IMG/VR virus record: IMGVR_UViG_3300031975_001631
Reading direction: 5' to 3' (one strand)
Source: a virus
DNA: 64,000 nt
Position 1 is the first letter of the stretch, and every line of letters begins with the position of its first letter. Under the pieces are notes generated by a model. It searched no databases and had not been told where the DNA came from. It saw only the letters and a program-made list of their open reading frames with translations. Shown piece by piece: positions 25,107 through 34,899 of the stretch. The position numbers and the translations under genes were made by a program.

Positions 25107-26837
25107 CTATCCCTCAACGGATGTTTTTTCACTCATGTAGGAGAACCCACCTTTCTTAGAGAATTCTACCACATTATTAAATTTGTCCAACATGTCTGCT
25201 TTATGAGAAATCACAAAGGTATTTGCATCTTGAATAACGAATCTAATAATCTTAGTAAACTCATCCGTACCTACAGTATCAAGAGAGCTATCAAATACTT
25301 CATCTAGAATTAAAAGATTTGTATTAGCAGAGTTTTTGAACCTGGCAACTTCCCTCCAAGCAAAGAGAAGTGCCAAGTCAATTCTCATTTTCTCCCCCTC
25401 AGAAAACGAGGAATAAGTAAACTTGTCATGGATCGGGCTTTGAATCGTCTCTCCAAATTCTTCGTCAAGATGTAAGTTGACATAAAAGTCCATCATCTGA
25501 AGATACCGATTAACTTGCTTATTAATAAGGGGAAGATACTTTTTGATTATCTTTGTCTTTACTCCACCGTCCTTGAGCATGGAGTAAGCAAAATCATTGT
25601 ATTTAACTTCCTCGTTTTTATCGGCAAGTTTCTCAAATACTACTTGAAGATCTTCCTTAAACCCATCTAACTTCTCATGTTCAGAATTTCTGTTTTGTAA
25701 CTGACTGGTAAGAGTTTGAATTTCCGATTGTAAATCTCTGACTTGACGCTGGAATCCAGAAATCCTAACATTATTTTGAGAAATGTCATGTGTGAGTTCA
25801 GTAATCTCCGTTGATAATTTTTTGAAGTGACGCTCTTTATCTTCTTCTATCCGTATCGACTCCTCCAGTTTTAAGAAACCTTCTTGGAGTTCCTTTGCTT
25901 TAAATTGAGCGTCACTGATTTTATTTATTCTAAAATCTTCTTCGATAGATTGGGTGCAGGTGGGGCATACCGTATTCTCTGTAAAAAACTTATGCTCTTT
26001 AGTAATAGTAGCTACTTTATTAGATATCTTTCCTTTCAATCCACCAAGCTCACGAAGTTTGCTAGTTGCATTGTTATATTTACTTATCTCATTCTGCAAA
26101 GATTCTATCTGTAACGAAAGTTTTTTATTACTTTCGTCTGCATTCAAAGCATCCTGAATGAGTCTCTCTATCTTTGTCTCATTCTTATCAATATTATCTT
26201 TGTGTCTAGTCTCTAAATCTTCAATAAAAGATGATTGCATTGAAATCTTATCTTTAATGTTAGATTTCTTTAGAGTAAGACTTTTAATAATCTCTCTAGA
26301 CTGCCGAATATCCTCCTTCAGCAGGTTGTTCATAGCTGAGAAGATACGAATATCAAGAAGGTCCTCAATCACCTCTCTACGGTGCGACTGAGACAACTGC
26401 ATGAAGGGCACGAAGTTGCTACTACCCAATATAACAATCTGAGTGAAAGACTTGTAGTTTAGTTTAAGAATCTGATCTTCTACAATCTTTTGATTTGCTC
26501 TGTCATCAGATTCTTTATTTTTCATTTCACCATCAACAAGAACATCAAACACATTTGGCTTGATGCCCCTACGAACCATATACTTTTTAGGTCCTACAGA
26601 AAACTCAACCTCAACTAAGCATCCCTTCTCATTAGAACTATTAACTAGTTGTGGTTTGTTAATCTTACGATATGGTTTATTGAATAGTGCAAAACATAAT
26701 GCATCAAGCATTGTGGATTTGCCAGCACCGTTTGTACCTATAACTAATGTAGTGGAACTCTTATTGAGTTGAATTTCTGTCCACTGATCTCCAGTAGATA
26801 AAAAATTCTTCCATCTAATTTTTTCAAATGTTATCAT
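25107..26837 (-). CDS. gp46: Recombination endonuclease ATPase subunit gp46
   Basis: GTNGAGKS, CPTC zinc hook, FSEGEK, LILDEVFD. Confidence 0.97.
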   Translation of the reverse strand: MITFEKIRWKNFLSTGDQWTEIQLNKSSTTLVIGTNGAGKSTMLDALCFALFNKPYRKINKPQLVNSSNEKGCLVEVEFSVGPKKYMVRRGIKPNVFDVLVDGEMKNKESDDRANQKIVEDQILKLNYKSFTQIVILGSSNFVPFMQLSQSHRREVIEDLLDIRIFSAMNNLLKEDIRQSREIIKSLTLKKSNIKDKISMQSSFIEDLETRHKDNIDKNETKIERLIQDALNADESNKKLSLQIESLQNEISKYNNATSKLRELGGLKGKISNKVATITKEHKFFTENTVCPTCTQSIEEDFRINKISDAQFKAKELQEGFLKLEESIRIEEDKERHFKKLSTEITELTHDISQNNVRISGFQRQVRDLQSEIQTLTSQLQNRNSEHEKLDGFKEDLQVVFEKLADKNEEVKYNDFAYSMLKDGGVKTKIIKKYLPLINKQVNRYLQMMDFYVNLHLDEEFGETIQSPIHDKFTYSSFSEGEKMRIDLALLFAWREVARFKNSANTNLLILDEVFDSSLDTVGTDEFTKIIRFVIQDANTFVISHKADMLDKFNNVVEFSKKGGFSYMSEKTSVEG

Positions 26838-27093
26838 CTTGTGAAGGTGGAATTACGATGTCTTGGGAAGTAATCACTGAATACTTATAATTATACAGCT
26901 CACAGGCTTTTATTGCAAGGTCTTCTTCAATCTCAATCGTTGACATTGCAACTCCATGATCTTCTTCGAGTTGCTGAGCATATCTAATTGCATCGTCTTC
27001 TTCCTCAAAGATAAAAAGGACCTTGTTTCCTCTACGATCTTTTACGGCATATGCCCCTTCTTCTTTTTTATCTTTCTCAGTCAATAAAAACAT
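26824..27093 (-). CDS. Hypothetical protein between gp47 and gp46
   Basis: 89 aa, overlaps both neighbours. Confidence 0.8.
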   Translation of the reverse strand: MFLLTEKDKKEEGAYAVKDRRGNKVLFIFEEEDDAIRYAQQLEEDHGVAMSTIEIEEDLAIKACELYNYKYSVITSQDIVIPPSQDDNI

Positions 27094-28145
27094 TATTCAA
27101 CTTCACAAGCTTTTGAGTATAAAGAACCAAATAGGGTTTTAATTCTAGACTTATCAATATCTGTTTCAGTATCTTCGATACATCTGTTTAAAATAGACAT
27201 CGTATTCTCTTCTTCACTAATATCTAAATCTTCTCCATGTAACCATCCTTGATTATAATCAAAATTCTCGATAACTTTGAGTTCTTCTACACCAACAGTA
27301 TACAGTTTATCAATAAACTTCTCAAAGTCTTTTGGTTTTGTTTTTTTACGAACAATAACTTTAACAATTTTACCAGCATATTCTGAAGCATTCAACATCT
27401 GATGAGGAGTATCTTCATAATAGATGTTGTAGAACATATGATTGGGATTATCAATCTGTTCTAAATCGTATGTCTCAGTATCAAAGAGATGGAAGCCTCT
27501 AGGGTCGTTAACATCGTTCCAATACAATTCATAAGGATTTCCCAAATAAAAGACTTGACCATCGTTACTACGAGTGTGATAGTGTCCAGTAAATACACGA
27601 TCAAATTTCCTCAAATACTCTGCTTCATATCCACGGTCTTGCATGAACCCACGATAAGCAGCAAACCCGTTAAGTTCCAAATGACCAACAGCAATTTTTG
27701 CAGTGCTCTTATTAATCAAGTTTAGAGTTTGCTGTTCATTCTCTTTATTAATCCAAGAAATAAATGCAAATTTTGTACCACCAATCAAGTGCTCAGCATA
27801 ATCAGTGATAGGGATGATGTTATCATACTCTCGTAATAATAAATCGATTGTATTAATTGAGTTATTATTTTTATAGTAGGCAGTATGATTACCCACAACA
27901 GTGTATACAGTGATCCCCATATCACGGAGACGATCATAGTAATTCTCTTTAGCCCATTTGAGAGACCAGAAGTCAATGCTCCGACGATTATCGAAAGTGT
28001 CTCCCATATCGATAATAGTTGTGATACCCTCAGCAAGAAGAGTAGGAAAAAAAGTTTCATTATAAAATTTTAAAAAATAATCATGAAACAATTTACTACC
28101 CTTACGAGCACCAAAGTGTTGATCAGTTATGATTCCAATTTTCAT
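27093..28145 (-). CDS. gp47: Recombination endonuclease subunit gp47
   Basis: ITDQHFG, MGDTFD, VGNH, GHLE, FTGHYH. Confidence 0.97.
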   Translation of the reverse strand: MKIGIITDQHFGARKGSKLFHDYFLKFYNETFFPTLLAEGITTIIDMGDTFDNRRSIDFWSLKWAKENYYDRLRDMGITVYTVVGNHTAYYKNNNSINTIDLLLREYDNIIPITDYAEHLIGGTKFAFISWINKENEQQTLNLINKSTAKIAVGHLELNGFAAYRGFMQDRGYEAEYLRKFDRVFTGHYHTRSNDGQVFYLGNPYELYWNDVNDPRGFHLFDTETYDLEQIDNPNHMFYNIYYEDTPHQMLNASEYAGKIVKVIVRKKTKPKDFEKFIDKLYTVGVEELKVIENFDYNQGWLHGEDLDISEEENTMSILNRCIEDTETDIDKSRIKTLFGSLYSKACEVE

Positions 28146-28360
28146 TTCAAATGATGTGGTTTGTGTTCTCTATCCAGAGGTAAGGATGAAATTACTGGAG
28201 ATTTACTTTTGTTTTTAATAACAATAAATTTATCTGCAGCAAATGTGCCAGCTATTTCAATTGCAATTTCGTCACCATCTTCCCATACTGGATCACCATT
28301 CTTTTTACGCATGTCCATAGCACATGCTATTTCATTAATTAGATCTTGAGTCAGTTTCAT
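28142..28360 (-). CDS. Small hypothetical protein
   Basis: 72 aa, ATGA-coupled to gp47. Confidence 0.75.
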   Translation of the reverse strand: MKLTQDLINEIACAMDMRKKNGDPVWEDGDEIAIEIAGTFAADKFIVIKNKSKSPVISSLPLDREHKPHHLK

Positions 28361-28475
28361 TTACTTTACCTTGTTCTAAATCACGAAGTCTTTTACGCCA
28401 ATACCCCCTATCAGAATTATCTCGACATGGGTCTGATTCTTTTACTTGCTTAGTAAGACGCTCTTTGTCGTTCAT
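28335..28475 (-). CDS. Small hypothetical protein (46 aa)
   Basis: Hand translation MNDKERLTKQVKESDPCRDNSDRGYWRKRLRDLEQ...; ATGA-coupled to gp55. Confidence 0.55.
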   Translation of the reverse strand: MNDKERLTKQVKESDPCRDNSDRGYWRKRLRDLEQGKVNETDSRSN

Positions 28476-28945
28476 CTTGATGTCCTATACTGAATATTAT
28501 CTTTGATGGTGTTATAGTCGCTTGTAGATCCATTAGCTCCATCTTCAATAACCATTACTTGATCATATCCAGTTCTTTCAATAATTTTTGTTTTAATTTC
28601 TAATTGCTTTTTTTCTTTCTGAATTCTACGAAGAAATGCGTAGTAAATAATTTGAGTAAAATACGCAAAAGGATTTGTTGATTTCTCTGGATTAAAGTTA
28701 TGAATATATTGAACACAATTCTCAATCCCATCACCAATCATATCCTCTCTGAACATATAATTCACAAAGTTAGGTTTATATGAAAGGTGTGTAGCAATCT
28801 TAAGAAAACAGTCACCCAAATAATTGCTAATAGGTGGAGGAGCATCTCCATTCTCTTTAGCAATTTTTGCTTTGATACGATATTCAACCATCGCATCTAA
28901 CAATTCTTTATTATTCACATAATGTTCAGATCTTTTTTTAGGCAT
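28472..28945 (-). CDS. gp55: Late sigma factor gp55
   Basis: HYVNNKE, FREDMIGDGIENC, NPFAYFTQIIYYAFLRRI. Confidence 0.97.
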   Translation of the reverse strand: MPKKRSEHYVNNKELLDAMVEYRIKAKIAKENGDAPPPISNYLGDCFLKIATHLSYKPNFVNYMFREDMIGDGIENCVQYIHNFNPEKSTNPFAYFTQIIYYAFLRRIQKEKKQLEIKTKIIERTGYDQVMVIEDGANGSTSDYNTIKDNIQYRTSR

Positions 28946-28968
28946 ATCTGCTGTAAGTTTATGTTTAC

Positions 28969-28977
28969 ATTATAGCA
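28969..28977 (-). promoter_or_regulatory. Extended -10 promoter (TGCTATAAT) for gp55
   Basis: TGn plus consensus -10, 24 nt upstream of the ATG. Confidence 0.65.
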
Positions 28978-28981
28978 TAAC

Positions 28982-29010
28982 TTGACAAACTATGCTTTTC
29001 TCTGTAGAAT
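28982..29010 (+). promoter_or_regulatory. Plus-strand sigma70 promoter TTGACA-17-TAGAAT
   Basis: Near-consensus hexamers with 17-nt spacing, facing antisense into the upstream gene. Confidence 0.5.
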
Positions 29011-29053
29011 AACTTTGTCGAAGTTCAGAAGCACTGTATCTAAGCTTTGAAGC

Positions 29054-29485
29054 TTAAGCATGAGTTGCAATGCCTGCTTTAGGATCACACTCTAATTCCA
29101 GAATCTGTTCAAGTTTTTCTTTAGCAGATTTAACGCTGCCTCTGTATCCCATCTTTTCAGATGGCTTTACCTTACCACTAGATCTAGTGTTGATTCCCAT
29201 TCTATCTTCAGCGGCGTCAATTATATAATTTGTATAATAATCAATCATTTCGTTATCACTTTCAACTTCAGTCATTGTAATAACTTGTCTCTTATCAATA
29301 AAATAAAACTGATCCTTAGGAACATGCATCCATGGTTCAACTCTTATAAAGGAGCCTCTTGGTCCATGTATTGTTTCAATACAAACAGGGTCTTGTAAAA
29401 TTAAAGTGTCTTCTTCCGAAGAAGTAATGGCAAAGATTTCTTCACCAGATACTAATTTGATACTTGCGTAAAAGTCATCGTTCAT
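29054..29485 (-). CDS. Hypothetical protein, possible Sm-like fold
   Basis: IKLVSGEEIFA...LQDP; usual slot between uvsW and gp55. Confidence 0.75.
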   Translation of the reverse strand: MNDDFYASIKLVSGEEIFAITSSEEDTLILQDPVCIETIHGPRGSFIRVEPWMHVPKDQFYFIDKRQVITMTEVESDNEMIDYYTNYIIDAAEDRMGINTRSSGKVKPSEKMGYRGSVKSAKEKLEQILELECDPKAGIATHA

Positions 29486-30950
29486 GCTTTTCCCTCAGGT
29501 TGATAGTTACCATATCATAATTAAATTTTTCTTCTTTGTAAATTTTAATTCTTTCGATGAGATGGTTTAATGTGTAATTTCTTTTTGAACGAAAAGTACA
29601 ATCATCAGCAATATCATAAAGTGTTGCGCTAAATTTGTTAGTACCTTTTCTAAGCACTCTACCAATTGATTGTAAATTTCTAATTCTTGATTTAGATGGA
29701 GATGCAAATATTACATTGTGTAGATTTTTAATATTAATTCCAGTGGAAAAAGTTCCGTAAGAAGCAACAATAATTGAGTTGGTTTCAGTTTCAATAATGG
29801 AACGGGCTAGCTCTCTATCCTCAACATCTACTCCACCATGAATAAAGAAGACTTTTCGATTTTCTTCTATGTTTTTATTTATCATATCAAAAAGAACCCT
29901 CCCATGATCTTCAACTCTTGCAAAGAGCACTAGAGTATTTCCTTTTAAGTCTAAGCTTAAATTTTTAATAAATTTATTTCTTTTGTCGTGAGAAATTAAA
30001 TAATCAATTTCTTCCAAGTATGAATCAAATACTCTCTCATCATGTTTTAATAAAAGAATTTTTGCATTTAGTTTTGCAAGATACCCTTTATTCATTAACT
30101 CTTCTGTACGAACCAATTTATATGATGGTCCAAACAATCCTTCTAATACCCATTTGTGAGTTTGTGTTCCATCTAGTGTGCCAGTAAAACCAAAACGATA
30201 TTTTGCTTGATGTAACTTAGTCATAATACTAGTAAGAGACTTTGCCTTAAACAAATGAGCCTCATCGCCAATCACGACATTAAATCGTTCAAAATAACTT
30301 TTCTCCAACTTATAGATAGATTGCCAGGTTGTTATTACGACAGGTGATTTTGCCTCTCGTTCCTTACCTGCATAAATTTTTTGACAATATGAAGAAGCAT
30401 CCCATCCATACTCCTCAAAGTCCTTATGCATCTGCTCTACCAGAGATGTCGTTGGAACAACTAGGAGGATATTTTGTTTGCGCTCTGTATAGTACCTCAC
30501 GATTGAGTAAATCATCAAAGATTTGCCGGAGGCTGTGGGGCTTATCACTAACCTTCTATTGTGTCTTAGAGCATCGAATACTCCCTCTACTTGATAATCA
30601 CGAGGCTGACGATTACAAATAGTCAGCATATAATCTTTGGTTCCTTCTTTAGAGATAAATTCATTCTCTTCATAAGGTGTGCCATAGAATTTATTATCGC
30701 AAAATTCATATTCATATCCTTGTCTTTTACAAAAGGATATCAACTTATCTAATAACCCAACATACAACTCTCTAGTATGTGTTGAGAATAATCTAATTTT
30801 CCCATCCCAGTATCTTTTGCGATACTGATTCATGTACTTAGCACCCTCAATATCAAATGAAAAGTGGTCAGATAATTCTTGGTATACATGAGGCTCGGAT
30901 TCAATCTTTAAAAAGACTTCATTCTTTTTGGACATGACTAACTTAGTCAT
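29475..30950 (-). CDS. uvsW: DNA/RNA helicase UvsW
   Basis: PTASGKS, DEAH, GFTGT, QSIGRVLR; likely start MTKLVM. Confidence 0.96.
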   Translation of the reverse strand: MTKLVMSKKNEVFLKIESEPHVYQELSDHFSFDIEGAKYMNQYRKRYWDGKIRLFSTHTRELYVGLLDKLISFCKRQGYEYEFCDNKFYGTPYEENEFISKEGTKDYMLTICNRQPRDYQVEGVFDALRHNRRLVISPTASGKSLMIYSIVRYYTERKQNILLVVPTTSLVEQMHKDFEEYGWDASSYCQKIYAGKEREAKSPVVITTWQSIYKLEKSYFERFNVVIGDEAHLFKAKSLTSIMTKLHQAKYRFGFTGTLDGTQTHKWVLEGLFGPSYKLVRTEELMNKGYLAKLNAKILLLKHDERVFDSYLEEIDYLISHDKRNKFIKNLSLDLKGNTLVLFARVEDHGRVLFDMINKNIEENRKVFFIHGGVDVEDRELARSIIETETNSIIVASYGTFSTGINIKNLHNVIFASPSKSRIRNLQSIGRVLRKGTNKFSATLYDIADDCTFRSKRNYTLNHLIERIKIYKEEKFNYDMVTINLREKHER

Positions 30951-30952
30951 CG

Positions 30953-31378
30953 TTACCCCGCACGAAAATTGTGCCAATCAATAATATTTTTAATTAGATA
31001 TCCTCTATTACTTACCTGTTTGATAATATCTTCTAGGTATGTCAACATGACATCGTAGTATTTAATTTTTAAAGATGCTGCCTGAACTTTTTCATCAGCT
31101 AGCATATATCTTTGCACTGCATCTTTCTCCCTAACTTTGTAAGGAAAAGGATCGGTCTCATAAACCTTGGGATCTGATTTGCCCGTATAATACAGGTGTC
31201 GTTCTAACTTAATCTTGTTCTCCAAAGTTGTTGCTCTTTCTCTTAACAACTTTATATTGTTGTAGATGTCAAAATATTTTGCATGAAGAGACGGAATCTT
31301 CGCTGCTTCATCATGTAAATTGTCTTGATCAATCTGTGAGTCTTTCTCCCACATACTTTGTATAGTCTCAAGATCCAT
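30953..31378 (-). CDS. uvsY: Recombination mediator UvsY
   Basis: MWEKDSQID...IPSLHAKY...RGYLIKNIIDW. Confidence 0.9.
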   Translation of the reverse strand: MDLETIQSMWEKDSQIDQDNLHDEAAKIPSLHAKYFDIYNNIKLLRERATTLENKIKLERHLYYTGKSDPKVYETDPFPYKVREKDAVQRYMLADEKVQAASLKIKYYDVMLTYLEDIIKQVSNRGYLIKNIIDWHNFRAG

Positions 31379-31381
31379 AAG

Positions 31382-31912
31382 TTAAGTTGCAGCCTCAATA
31401 GTGTAGAACAGATACTTAAATGTCACTGTTGCTGTAAAGTATGTATAATCGGTTTCGGTGGCAGTAAATTCGAGAGAACTCAGTGATACTGGAAACAAAT
31501 CTCTAAACTTAACCCTAGCACTTACATTGAAATTACTATTCAAAATAGCCAGAGTTCCGTCACTAAATTGTTCTTTAACATCTTTAGATCCATCTGCAGA
31601 TGTAATTAAAGTTTTAAACTCATCTACACTCTCAGGATATCCAAGACCATAGATCCAGTTATGAATCTCTAAATAATTTTCTAGATTCTCGTCTACAATA
31701 AATTGAAGTGTTAGATCTTCAAACTGAATGTTGTCTCCAGGAAGATCAATAGCTTTCAGATAATTACCAACTTTTACATTTCCCAATTGGATACCAGGAA
31801 TTCTTGCACTGTTGGAGAAAAAATCTACCTTTGGTGTCTTGACAATGTTAAATTTAAATCCCGTAGGTGACAAGTAATTCTTGTTTGTTATCTGCTTGCC
31901 GAGGAAGGACAT
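31382..31912 (-). CDS. gp3: Tail tube terminator/completion protein gp3
   Basis: NYLSPTGFKF...FIVDENLENYLEIHNW...FPVSLSSLEF. Confidence 0.85.
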   Translation of the reverse strand: MSFLGKQITNKNYLSPTGFKFNIVKTPKVDFFSNSARIPGIQLGNVKVGNYLKAIDLPGDNIQFEDLTLQFIVDENLENYLEIHNWIYGLGYPESVDEFKTLITSADGSKDVKEQFSDGTLAILNSNFNVSARVKFRDLFPVSLSSLEFTATETDYTYFTATVTFKYLFYTIEAAT

Positions 31913-31928
31913 TTTTATTTTTATTTAG

Positions 31929-31955
31929 ACAAAAAAAGAGACCCTTTCGGGTCTC
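31929..31955 (-). terminator. Intrinsic terminator, copy 2
   Basis: GAGACCC-GAAA-GGGTCTC-T7; identical to 32275-32301; followed by CTAAATA. Confidence 0.9.
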
Positions 31956-31985
31956 TCACTTCCTTCACACGGACATTATATTATA

Positions 31986-32162
31986 TCACATAAGAACTTC
32001 CTTGCAAATTCTTTTGCATTCTGGAGCCCTTAGTGAGCTGCATTCAATTAAACACTCATAATAATCATTCAATCTTTCTTGTTCCTCTACTGCGAAATCG
32101 TCAACTGGGGTTTCTGCAATTTTCCACTCATTAAGTTGAGCCATTGATAATAGATTGTGCAT
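31986..32162 (-). CDS. Small Cys-rich hypothetical protein
   Basis: MHNLLS...DYYECLIECSSLRAPECKRICKEVLM. Confidence 0.7.
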   Translation of the reverse strand: MHNLLSMAQLNEWKIAETPVDDFAVEEQERLNDYYECLIECSSLRAPECKRICKEVLM

Positions 32163-32274
32163 TTGAATCACCTTAGTTATTGAATATAATATAGAGATCT
32201 CAGATCATGGTAGTAGTCAATTCTGTTACTATTTAGTCAGCGTATGCTAACTTAATGAAGTAAATTAAATATGC

Positions 32275-32301
32275 ACAAAAAAAGAGACCCTTTCGGGTCT
32301 C
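32275..32301 (-). terminator. Intrinsic terminator after gp23, copy 1
   Basis: GAGACCC-GAAA-GGGTCTC-T7. Confidence 0.9.
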
Positions 32302-32325
32302 AGTGTTAAGTATGTGAGATATAAA

Positions 32326-33771
32326 TCACATGAGGTTCTTAACAACAGTACGCTGGTAGTAGCGGTTGCTGTTAGAGGTGATACGACCCAAACCTTGAGT
32401 GGTGCCTTCAGCGTAAGGGTTGGAGACAAGACCATAACGGGTCTTGAAGCCAATTTTGGGCTGGAAGCTGTTCTCACCAACGGCGCGAACCATCTGGAGG
32501 GGAACATAAGGACAGTAGAAGAGACCAGCATCATAAGGGCTAGTACCCTTATAACCAACAACATAGTACTGGTTAGCGGCAGAGTTAGCAGCGAAGGGGT
32601 CGATGTAGACTCTGTACTTACCGTTGATAGTACCAGCGAAGGTGTTGCCGGTGTCGTCAACCTGAAGGTTAGCGTTAAGAGCAGGGGTGTAATCAAGTAC
32701 ACCAGCCATCGTCAGAGCGGAAGCAACATCAGCAGATGTCATGATGATGTTACCCTTCCCTCTACGAGTTCTTTGGGCGATTCTGTTAGCATCTCTTTCG
32801 ATGTTAAACAGAAGACCTTTGAACTTCTCAACTGACCAACGACCGTTGGAGTCAACATCGAGGTCAAAGAAACCAGCGTTGGCAACATTTGCCTGTGAAC
32901 CAGCTTCAGCAGTCTTATAGATGGTACGAATAACTTCGCGGTTGATTTCAGCAAGGATTTCGCTAGACAGGATGTTAGCGAGTTCTGCTTCAGCGTTAAG
33001 ACCGTGGATAGCACGAAGGTCTTGTGCCAATTCCATGCTGTACTCTGCTTTCAGAGCACGGGACTTAGCGGTGACCGTGACTTTCTCGATCGAGAATGCC
33101 ATCTCGTTGAAATCGCCATTGCTGCCGTCTCCGAGTGCCTCAGAGTCGCCAGTTGCCATACCTTGACCCAGTGAATACTGAGCTTGTACAGCGTCGGAAG
33201 CAGTGCCTTCCAGGATAGCGGGGTTAGTACCACGCTGAGTACCAGTAGAACCGAAACCAACGGTGCCGTCGTCATCGGTAGCAGCGGTGTAATCACCTTG
33301 GGTTGCTTGACCGATGTTGGTGCCTGCCTTGTTCGCAGAGAATGCGGAATCGGGCTCGTCGAAGAACGACTCAGTACCAGCTTGATTGGTGTAGCGTGAA
33401 CGCATTGCGAAGATCAGTCCGGTAGGACCGTTCATCGGCTGAACGCCAGCGAGTTCATAAGCAACCAGATTCGGCATCGAGCGGCGAATCAGGCTGATCA
33501 GAACGGGATCGAAACCGGCGGTAGGACCAGCAGCAGCAGAACCGCCACTGAAAGCACCAGAAGCACCTACAGCGTTGCCGCTGTTAGTAGGAGCAGCTTC
33601 TGAGAGCATACCGTTGCCGCTTTCAAAAGCAGATTGCTCTTTGAGGAAACGCTCTTGGTTCTCAAGGAGAACAGCAGTTGTAGCACGGCGATGTGAGTCC
33701 TTAATAGGATCAACTCCATCGGCGTCGAGAAGTGGACCCCACTTCTCCATTAATGATTCTTGATTGTACAT
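32326..33771 (-). CDS. gp23: Major capsid protein gp23
   Basis: FDPVLISLIRRSMP, GVQPMNGPTGLIFAMR, FYCPYVPL; putative cleavage at MLSE/A. Confidence 0.99.
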   Translation of the reverse strand: MYNQESLMEKWGPLLDADGVDPIKDSHRRATTAVLLENQERFLKEQSAFESGNGMLSEAAPTNSGNAVGASGAFSGGSAAAGPTAGFDPVLISLIRRSMPNLVAYELAGVQPMNGPTGLIFAMRSRYTNQAGTESFFDEPDSAFSANKAGTNIGQATQGDYTAATDDDGTVGFGSTGTQRGTNPAILEGTASDAVQAQYSLGQGMATGDSEALGDGSNGDFNEMAFSIEKVTVTAKSRALKAEYSMELAQDLRAIHGLNAEAELANILSSEILAEINREVIRTIYKTAEAGSQANVANAGFFDLDVDSNGRWSVEKFKGLLFNIERDANRIAQRTRRGKGNIIMTSADVASALTMAGVLDYTPALNANLQVDDTGNTFAGTINGKYRVYIDPFAANSAANQYYVVGYKGTSPYDAGLFYCPYVPLQMVRAVGENSFQPKIGFKTRYGLVSNPYAEGTTQGLGRITSNSNRYYQRTVVKNLM

Positions 33772-33801
33772 TAGTTTTAGTGTTTAAATTTGCGGAGTTT
33801 T

Positions 33802-34848
33802 TTACTTCATCCCAAGGGCTTTCAAGTACTGGGTCATTGAAGCAGATGCCTCAACACCAGTCTCTGAGGTTACGCCCTCAGAAAGTGTTTCCACTTTGTT
33901 AGAAGAAAGTTTTTGCTCACTGGGGAAATAAGATTCCTTCAGTGTAACCAGCTTCTCACGATAAGATTCTTCACCCTCAAACTCAACACCTTCAGACAAT
34001 GCGACTAATTTCTCTCTTTGTGTTACAGCAAGACCCTCGGTTACTTCACGGAAAATTCCATCAGCTGTAGATTCGCCAAGGCGCTTGTTAAGAGAAATGT
34101 TAGCTTCGATCTGTTCGTTAAGTCTGCCTTCCATTTCATCAAGTTTGGAGACCATACTCTCCAGGACATCGTATTTGTCGTCAGCAATTGTTACATAATG
34201 ATCTTCAAATAGACCCTTCATTCCAGAAAGGAATGATTCAGTCATTTCGGTCTTAAGACCGTGCTCTACTTCGATCTTGTTCTCGGAGATCCACTCTTCT
34301 GAAACATACTCAAGGTATGCATCAACGCGCTCTACAAGTTCAGACTTTACAGTCTCAAGATGTTCAGTAAGTTGCTCTTCGTATTGTGCAGCCATCTCTT
34401 CTTGGACTTCAGTTACTTTAGCAGTAACTACAGCCTCAAAGATTGTGCGAGCTTTTAATTGAAATTCTTCGGAAAGTTCTTCGCCACCAAAAAGGGCAGA
34501 AAGATCTTCTTCGATATCAACAGAAGGAGTTACCTCCTCTTGCGTGGTCTCATCTTCAGCTACAACTTCTTGCTCGCCTTCTGCTTCGACGGTATCGCCA
34601 GCAGAAAGACTTTGCATCGGTTCAGCAGCTTTAGCGCCACGATTTACGACATCTTTGACAGTTTTAACTTTGGGTTCTGCGAGTTTCGCGGAATCATCGT
34701 CGGCTTTGTAGTTCTCGGGGGTAGGCCCACCAAGATCTTGAACAGCAGCCAAACCAGTTCCAGGATCAGAAAGCTTAGGCATAGCCTCAGCTCCTTTCGC
34801 ACCCCTTGTTACGGGATTTTCCATTTCTTGTAATTCCTTAGCGGACAT
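33802..34848 (-). CDS. gp22: Prohead core scaffold gp22
   Basis: Acidic coiled coil, VDAYLEYVSEEW, between gp21 and gp23. Confidence 0.93.
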   Translation of the reverse strand: MSAKELQEMENPVTRGAKGAEAMPKLSDPGTGLAAVQDLGGPTPENYKADDDSAKLAEPKVKTVKDVVNRGAKAAEPMQSLSAGDTVEAEGEQEVVAEDETTQEEVTPSVDIEEDLSALFGGEELSEEFQLKARTIFEAVVTAKVTEVQEEMAAQYEEQLTEHLETVKSELVERVDAYLEYVSEEWISENKIEVEHGLKTEMTESFLSGMKGLFEDHYVTIADDKYDVLESMVSKLDEMEGRLNEQIEANISLNKRLGESTADGIFREVTEGLAVTQREKLVALSEGVEFEGEESYREKLVTLKESYFPSEQKLSSNKVETLSEGVTSETGVEASASMTQYLKALGMK

Positions 34849-34889
34849 TGGTGAACTCTCCGATTATAATCGTTGATATAATCTATATT

Positions 34890-34897
34890 TATTTATA
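34890..34897 (-). promoter_or_regulatory. Late promoter TATAAATA for gp22-gp23
   Basis: Exact consensus upstream of gp22. Confidence 0.85.
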
Positions 34898-34899
34898 AA

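Noticed and set aside
32265-33763. Long plus-strand and alternate-frame ORFs over gp23 (e.g. 32314..32835)
   Set aside because: Shadow ORFs from strong codon bias in a highly expressed gene; no motifs or promoters.
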